Source: Phyllobates terribilis (lineage: Eukaryota). Taken from it: a stretch of DNA of 64,000 nt. Below are positions 11,001 to 20,000 of this stretch, piece after piece (position 1 is the stretch's first letter; each line of letters starts with the position of its first letter). Location of the stretch: contig NW_027362817.1 of the NCBI RefSeq assembly GCF_046119375.1, positions 3,658,001 through 3,722,000 of the forward strand, given 5' to 3'. Both the position numbers and the translations under genes were made by a program. The notes under the pieces were generated by a model. The model did not search any database. It worked only from the letters and a program-made list of their open reading frames with translations, and was not told the origin of the DNA.

Positions 11001-14000
11001 ACGCGGACGACCTTGTGGGCCTGGTAGAGAGGTACTATGTGGTCGAAAAATCCCTCGGGAAACCGGACCTAGTAAATTCCCCATACTGGGGTACCCAAAG
11101 AGGAGCGGGCTCACCAAGTAAGGGGTCTAGAGTCACAAAAGGGGGTTGTCCCAATCCCACTAAGGGCCCGGCAAAGACTGCTGTGAGGGATGTGGTATGT
11201 TGGCAGTGTCACAACCCTGGACACGTAGTCGCCCAGTGTCAGATGTCCCCTGAGCCAATGGACTGCAGCCTAGGCAGACGGTGTTCATATTATGCTTACC
11301 CAGCCTGCAGTGTGGACTGTCAACCCGGCAAGGGGCCGCAGGTATGTGCCGTGTCGATTAATGAAGTAAAAGTGCTTGGACTGTTAAGACTCTTGGAGTC
11401 TGGTAACCTTAAATCAGTGCCACCCTTCCCCACCAGCGGATCCTTGCCAAAATTGTGGGCATATGCTGCATACATGGGGACACCAAGAACTAACCGGTGG
11501 CCAGAGTGATGGTGGGAACAGACTGTGGTGCCCAATCCCACGAGGTCGGGGGGGTCAAGGGCCTGATACATCTCGTCATATTGGAGAGTGATTTTTCCTT
11601 GTTCAGGGACTTATGGGGTAAGGAAACCAGACTGAGTCAAGAGGGCCAAAAGCCAGGTCCCTAGGGAAATACTCCGGTCGACATCGGAAGTCGATGGATT
11701 CCCATTGTGTGTCCTTGCTGGCGATGAGGAAGAGACTGTGACCGAGGAGGCCGACCTTCCTGTGTTAGAGGGTCACGGAGAGAACTTTGGGTCTGCTCAA
11801 GTTTGGGACTTGACCTTGAAGGGGGCGTGGGACAATGTTACTGTCTGTAATGGGGTCACTCAAGAGCTGGGGGCAGACACCAGGTATTTAGAAAGGAATA
11901 AGTCCAGCGCTATAAGTCCATAAAAAATCCATTCTTCATTTATTTCATAGCTTCAAATAGTATAAAACCAATTAAGTCACAGTCCAGATATTAAAAACAT
12001 ACGCGTTTCGAAGCAAACCAGTGAGTCTTAATCATTGACAAGGATCTGATGGCGACTGAACATTTTAAACTAGTTCACAATTCAGTCCCCACTTACAGAC
12101 TGAGAACATCAAATATGCATTTCTCTATTCATAATGGTAAAGGAGATTGTGCCTGATATTGATACCATGTGGTACCCTAATATTCAGCTGGTAGATCCAC
12201 TAGGTTTCTCGGCTTATTAGTTTTCTTTTAATATCACCACCCCTGGATGGAATTCTTACCCTTTCTATGCCTGACACTTCAAAAGAAGACACATTACCTC
12301 CATGGATATTAATAAAATGTTTGGAAATTGCTGAACTTTTATTAATGATTTTGCTGATGGCATCTGAGAGGTGACGTCATATCCTGATTTTCAGCGGCCC
12401 CCCCCCCCGGACAGCCTACATATTGAAGGTCACACAAACCGCATCGCACAGTATACACCACGTTGCTTGTGTTGCAGTTTATGCATGAATTAATCACAAG
12501 AGACAAATGTTTTAGTATTCTTCATATAATTGCAACAGGTGCATATATTGTGCCTGCACTTGTATGACCCTCTAGTACTGAGCCAATTGTCCTTTTTATT
12601 ATTGTTATCATTGAGATAGAGGCTGGTAGACAGAATATCTCCCAAAGTGGAACTTTTTTTGCAATAAATTTCACAGGATTTGTCAGGATTTTCTCTAGTT
12701 TTTTACCTTGATATAATATAGGTAATCTCTTTTTAAAAATGTTAGTAATATTTGAGAAGTGTAGACTATATATAGTTGAAAACACTACTCCTTTGTTTTT
12801 ATCTATATGATTGGACCTATATTTCTGACACTTTTTCCTTTCTCCTGTTTCTTTTAGCATCTCTGCTCTGTCTTTGTGGCTGATTATGTTTTCAGCCCTG
12901 TCTAACATCCACTTGGAGTAACCCCTTCCTGTCAGTCTGACTCGGACCTCATCTTTAGCTTTTTCAAACGTTTTCTGTAGAGATTAATTCCTTTTAAACC
13001 TATACGACTCTCCAAGAGGGACGTTTTTAATTAAATTTTTCTGATGACATGACTGTGCCAGTAAAGTGGAATTTGTGGCTGTACTTTTGCGATAGGGGGA
13101 CAGTACAACTTGATTCACAGAATCCAAACTAAGCGTCACATCCAGAAAATTAATGGAATTAATTCCAATTGAATGAGTAAATCTCAGATTCATTTCATTG
13201 TCCTTACAATGCAGGATAAATTCCGACGCAGATTCTACCGTCCCGTCCCACACCAGGAGGATGTCATCGATATAACGACCCATCCACCTGATGTGGGCGG
13301 AAAGGGGATCAGCGGCGGAAAAAAACAAAATCCTGTTCCCAGGCTGCCAGATATACAGTACAGACCAAAAGTTTGGACACACCTTCTCATTTAAAAGATT
13401 TTTCTGTATTTTCATGACTTTGAAAATTGTACATTCACACTGAAGGCATCAAAACTGTGAATTAACACATGTGGAATTATATACTTAACAAAAAAGTGTG
13501 AAACAACTGAAAATATGTCTTATATTCTTGGTTCTTCAAAGTAGCCACCTTTTGCTTTGATGACTGCTTTGCACACTCTTGGCATTCTCTTGATGAGCCC
13601 TGGATGTCCCTGGATGTGGAGTCCCTCTATACCAGTATCCCACACACCCTAGGTTTGGATGCGGTTGCATCATTCCTATATAAGTCTGAAGCCAGTGATC
13701 CTTCACATAACTCATTTTTGCTGGAATTGTTATCTTTTGTCTTGAGACATAATTACTTCATCTTCGATTGTGCCTACCACAGGCAGGTGTCCGGGACCGC
13801 CATGGGTGCTCGTTGCGCCCCCTCTTACGCTAACCTTTTTTTGGGTTGGTGGGAGGTGATGCACGTGTACCCCTTGTCGGCTTTCCGGACGCATGCCTTC
13901 CGGTGGTTCAGGTACATCGATGATGTTCTTATGCTTTGGAGAGGCACTAAAGAACAATGTCTTGAGTTCATAACTCAGCTCAATACCAATGAACTCAATA

Positions 14001-17000
14001 TACATCTTACTCACAAAATTGCAGCAGTAAATATTGATTTTCTTGATGTGAAACTCACATTGGAAGATGGACATTTTCGGACGAATCTGTTCCGTAAGGA
14101 CACATCAACAAACAGCATTTTACATTACAGCAGTTTCCACCCACCACATCTCAAACGTGGTATTCCATATAGCCAATATATTAGGACCAAAGGAAATTGC
14201 AGTAACACCGATGATTTTATGTTACAGGCTAATGATTTAACCTATCGTCTAAAAGAAAGAGGGTATCCAAAAAAAAACTCTTAATACCGCATGGAACAAG
14301 ACCAAAAATTTGGAAAGGTCTAATTTGTTGCAACCTAGACCAAAAAAAGAGGACTCTGCTTCTCGTCTAATAACTGACTATAACAATCAGTGGATGGATC
14401 TTCAATGTATATTACAGAAAAATTGGTCTATTCTATTGTCTGAACCCAAACTCCAAGATCTTGTATCTACTAAACCATCACTATCCGCAAGGAGAGCCAG
14501 AAGCCTCAAGGACAAGCTGGTCAGGAGTCATTTTGTTCGACCAACAGTGAAACTAAATAGAGGGATAGTCCCCAAGGGGTCCCATGCCTGCGGAGGCTGC
14601 AATGTATGTCCATATATGCCTTCCACCTATATATTTGTTAACCCGATGGACAAATGTGAATTTCAACTGAAAAATGTCATCAATTGTCGGACTAAAAATG
14701 TTATTTATGCCCTAGTCTGTCCGTGTTCTCTCGTGTATATAGGTCAAACTTCACAAGAATTACGCAAACGGATACAACAACATTTGTCCAATATCGCCTT
14801 GGCAGAAATCCATCTCAAAGCACAAAAACAAATCTCTACCGTAGCTATGCACTATCTACAATTTCATCGATGTAAGATTATTGGAACAAAGATTTACGGT
14901 TTGGATCGACTCTCACCAAATATTCGAGGGGGTGATGCTGCACCAGCATTGCTACGCTTAGAGTCTCGATGGATATATATGATGGACTGTGTGTCTCCAA
15001 AGGGTATAAATGAAGAGTTACTGTTTACGGGTTTTTATAAACGTTAGCATCTTGGGGTTCAATCAGTACTGATTACGTTTTTGGTGTGGATATCTTTTTT
15101 GAAATCCGATCCAAATATTTATCAATATCTCAATTTATTGAATATGATTTGATACACATGTTTATGTATTTTTTCAATATTTTATTGATATCTGTAGTGG
15201 ATTATTGCACTGATAAAATATGATCAACATTTCCTCTTAGGATCTTCTTGCAGTTTGATTCCCAGAGTTTTTTCTTGTCATTCCCTTTATTTCTTATTTT
15301 GTATTCCATGCTGAGATGTGCAATATGGGGCTATTTATGCCCCTTTCAGGCTTGGATCTCTCTGGCTCAGTGTGCCACAGCATTCTGTTGTGGCACACTT
15401 CTTCACTTATAATTAGCTGATAGATCCACTGATTTCTGGCTTTCCTTGCAAGCAGGCTGAAGGGTTAATGTCTCCTCTCTGGATATGCACTTCACTTGTT
15501 TGCTTGATTCTGACACCAGACAGGAGGGGAGATGTCTCCTCCCCCCGCATTTACTTCCTTTATGCGCTCCACACTGGCAAGCATCCTGGGGGGAGATGTC
15601 TCCTCCCCCGACATGTATCTCATTTGTGTGCTCCAGGCTGACAGGCAGGTAGGCAGGGGGGAGGATATCATTTCAGCTTTGCACTCCAGCGTGAAAAGCA
15701 TACTGTGATGCATAGGATTACATCACTCCCAGACCACCCAGCTGATCATTATGCGCTCCAGCGTGGCACGCACGCAAACTATACACGTGCTAGACATTCC
15801 ACATGTGTTAGACATTTCACCCCTATAGGCTTAATGGAGCATGAAAGGATTACTCACAAAACCTGGTGTTGAAGCCTGTACAGCCCCTATAGTGGACTCA
15901 TTGCCAAAGGGCAGCCTGTCTATCTGGATTTGATCCATACATTTACTTGTTCTCTTGTTTGACCAATTGGTGTGTTCAAGAGTGGTGGTGGTGTTTGGAG
16001 GTGTATATATATGAGATATTTGGGATCTATACTTTATACTCCTGAGGAAGCCAGGACCTAATGGCGTAACGCGTAGGGTTACGCATCGGCGACATCCCCT
16101 GTATTCCAGTGTGAACCCACATGGTTAGTATCATACTTTTTGATTGATTCATGTAGCCTCTCTGTTAGATTTTTTTCTGATAGATATGCACTTATTTTTG
16201 GGAGGGTATACTCTTCCCTGAGGTTAGAATTCATTATTATAGTGACATTTCTATTCATTATTTAGAGGGCTCATCACAGTAATCTGCTCGCATTCTTAGG
16301 ATTATTGAATCTTATATTATACTATACCTACGTCATACAGATCATCCAGAGGGCTTATTATAGCAGTCTGTTTGTACTACCAGGATCATTGGATCTCACA
16401 TTATATTTGTGCCATATATTCTCTGATGTATATATCTGTATGCACATTATATTGGATTCACATGTTAGAACTTTCTAGAGGGTTATTTTTGTCCATGCGT
16501 TTTTTCTTGTCTCATGTTTTTTAATTGTACTTTTTAACTAAGTGGTGCTGTATGTCTTTTCTATAATAAAATTTCTACGATGTTTTCAATACACTGCCTC
16601 TATATTTGATTATTTACTATTGCTTGGTGCCTGCTCTACCCTTTGCTTTTTCTCTCTCAGCAGGTGTGATCATGTCATGTGCAGGGAGAGATTGTATGTA
16701 TGTATGTATGTATGTATGTATGTATGTATGTATGTATGTATGTATGTATGTATGTATATATATATATATATATATAACATTTAGTGTGGGGGGGGTGGTG
16801 GAGATTTGAAGACACAAGTTTGGTGAGCAAAGAAGGTACAGGTGCAGACTGATACGGGTCCGTACGGTGGAACTACTGTGCTGTGGTAGGAGCATAACTA
16901 AGAGCCTACCAGGACCGACGCTTGCTACATGGCGGCTTAGTCGACTCCGTGAGCCAAGGAGGGACCGGGAAGGTAGACCAGGTGCCACTCTGGGACCGAC

Positions 17001-20000
17001 CTCGAGAGAGCAGGCAACTCCCACGGGATTGGCAGTCTAAGCGGACAGGTATGGCAGATGAGTATGGCTGGTACGCAAGCAGGCAGCGCAGGAAGACAGG
17101 CAGACTGACAGGCTGGCAAGCACGGCTGATAGACAGGCTGGTGGGCAGCACAGTGACCTGAGGACTGGAGAGAGTGTTTAGACAAAAACTACAACATTGC
17201 ACAGGCACCTCCATTTTGGAGGAGGTGCCTAGTACAGCAGATGTCCTCTGGCCATTGGCCGGGGACATTTTAGGACGGCACATGGGGCCCCTTTAAGAAA
17301 CAGGGAGCGCGCGCGATCCTTAAGAACAGTGCCCGGGGATCTGCGCGCGGTACGCGCACCCCGGGCAGACACGGCGTGGGAGCAAGAAGGAGGATGCCGG
17401 ACCAGGGCAGCGGCAGTAAGGGGAGCGGCGTCTCTGCTGTGAGCAGGAGGCAGAGATGCTGACGCTACACAGACACAATATGGGGAGTGGGAAAAATTTG
17501 AAGACAGTATAAACAGCAAGTGGGGAGATGGGGGGGGGGGTATGTATGAGAAAACAGTAAGATAGGAAGGGTGCGGACACAGTATGTTTAGTGGGGGGGG
17601 GGGGGTCGGTGCCAACACAGTATCGTGAGTGGGGGGGATTGGTGCAGGCAGAATTGGGAGGATGGGTGTGAACGCAGCATGGGGAGCGAAGGGGTAAAGT
17701 ATCCAGACACAGTATTGGGAGAAAGTAGGTGGATGGGTCTGGACACAGTATGAGTAGCAAGGGGAAAAATGTATGCAGACATGTATGGGGAGCGAGGGTG
17801 AGGGGATGCGTGCGGGCACAGTACGGGGAGTCGGGGGGGGGATGTGTGAGGAGGCAGTATGGAGAGTAAGGGAGTAAAAATATGAGGAGACAGTATGATT
17901 AGCAGGGAGGGGGTGAGAGGAGACCATATGAGGAGGGAGGGGGAATAGTGTGCGGCGACAGTATGGGGGGAGAAAAGTGAGTGTGCACAAAAAAAAGACT
18001 GAATAGTATGGGGGGAGGGTAACATGGGAGGACAGTGTAAGAGCACAGCCAGGAGGGGACAGTAAGCCAAGAAGGGGGGAGTGTGATGAAGGGGCACAGT
18101 ATAGAGACTGGGCCCTATAGGGCCGGACACAATGTGAAAGGACAGTGTGACAAGGAGGCCCAGTAGGGAAAGGAGAGGGCATGTACCATAAGAGGGACAG
18201 TGTGTGGGTTATATTTTGTGCAGGAAATATAGTGAGGGGAAATTAATTTTTCAGTGGCTCAGTGTGGGGCAGATATTTTATTCAGGATCTTTATAATGAC
18301 ACTGCTATTTTTAAGGGCATTGAGTAGGGATGTGCGGCAGAAGACCGGAGAAGATGGAAGTCTGCAGAGATGAGCTGTGGATGAGAAAAGTTATCATGGA
18401 GTCTGGACAAGATGAAGATGAAAAGAAAGAGAACGACTCTAATCAGAAACAACGTCATCTATAAATATTTCTTGTGATACTGACTAATTCTCATTCTTTT
18501 TATTTATGTTAGGAGCATTACAGGAGTTGTCCAAGTATGTGATGAGTAAGCATTCATTCCAAGTAACTGCAGACTTCTGAATTCTCACAGTGCGCACTGC
18601 ACGCTGTCAGGATTCTCTGGGGCCATCGATTTGCATACATGTGGTCACACTCAATAAAAATGAATTGAGCGAGGCCGGACGTCTAGTCGGAATGTGGCCA
18701 GAAGTATACAAATCGCAACAATCTTAAAAGTTTGCAGTGAGAATTCAGAAGCCTACAGTCACATAGAGTGACTGCAGAGTTTTATCTCAAACCTGGACAA
18801 GCCCTTTAATTATAAAATAAAGCCCTGTAGCATGCCAATCCTAACAGCATGTAATATCCTCACTGTCAGGATTCAGCTCTGCTTGCTGGCTCCAGCAGTC
18901 ATCACATGGCTACTTCCCTCATATGCGATTTTCATACTTGGGGTCATGTGACAACGAGCTTCTCTTGCTTCTTCTCTGTTCTTTTCATTGAACATTGAGA
19001 GAATTAGGGAGAGCAGCTTGTTGGCACGTGACTAAGTGTGCAAATCGCATATGTACTTGGGATGGAAAGGGGAGCCAAATTGAATTCTAGCCCCAGGTGC
19101 CAGAAAACCTAGATACACCTCTGGCACAAGGGGAAGGGAAAAGCTGTTGCCACATGCTCTAAGCTATGGTGGTGGTGGGGGGAGGGGGTTCCCTTCCTTT
19201 TTGAAAAATATGTAATAACATCTACTTGGACTTAAAAGTTAACTGACTAGGTGCCAAGTATTTTGATTGCTAATATCTCCACAATGGAGAAGCAACATTT
19301 AGCAAAATGAAAACATTTTATTCCACTCTGCAGCACAATATTATTACATTGTCTGTCTAGTTCAGCACAAATAAATTGATGAAAAGTCCTTTATAAGTAT
19401 AATAAGATGTTTTTCTTTGAATAATGTCTATTGGATTCCACACATAAAAAACAATGCTGTAAGACTATATCAGTGTTTCCCAAACCCCATCCTCACGCCC
19501 CCCATCATGATTTCAGGATTTCCGTAGTATTGCACAGGTGGGGGCAGTGAGGACTGGAGTTTGGGAAACACTGGGCTAGAGGAACAGGAACATTGATAGA
19601 CATACCTCCATCTCATCTACTTTCTTCTGCAGTTCCTGGCATTTTTTCCCAAGCTCTTGAACTTGCTTTCCTCCTTGTGGATGGTCTATAAATAGAAGGC
19701 TAGTCAATACCCTCATCAGTCGCCCATATTCATAGATATGACTAAACAAACAACCTGTCCTCCATGTTTGTAATTTCTTAATCTTCTGTTCCAAGGCAGC
19801 AATTTCTTGATCCTAAAATATAAGTCACCTCACATTAATGCAAGTTGTATCAAACTCCAGTATCCAGTGGTTTTACAAATCAGTTTGGGCAACACTTTCA
19901 ACTTTGTATTTGAGCCACTTTGTCTAGTGTCATAAAAATATTAAGAATTTTTCCAAACCCCTCATTCCCCCTCCTCTATATTTGTCAAAGGAGAACAGGT

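Noticed and set aside
17229-18182. 317-aa and 180-aa Pro/His/Ser-rich minus-strand ORFs
   Set aside because: They derive from a C-rich degenerate tandem repeat and an LTR end; low complexity.
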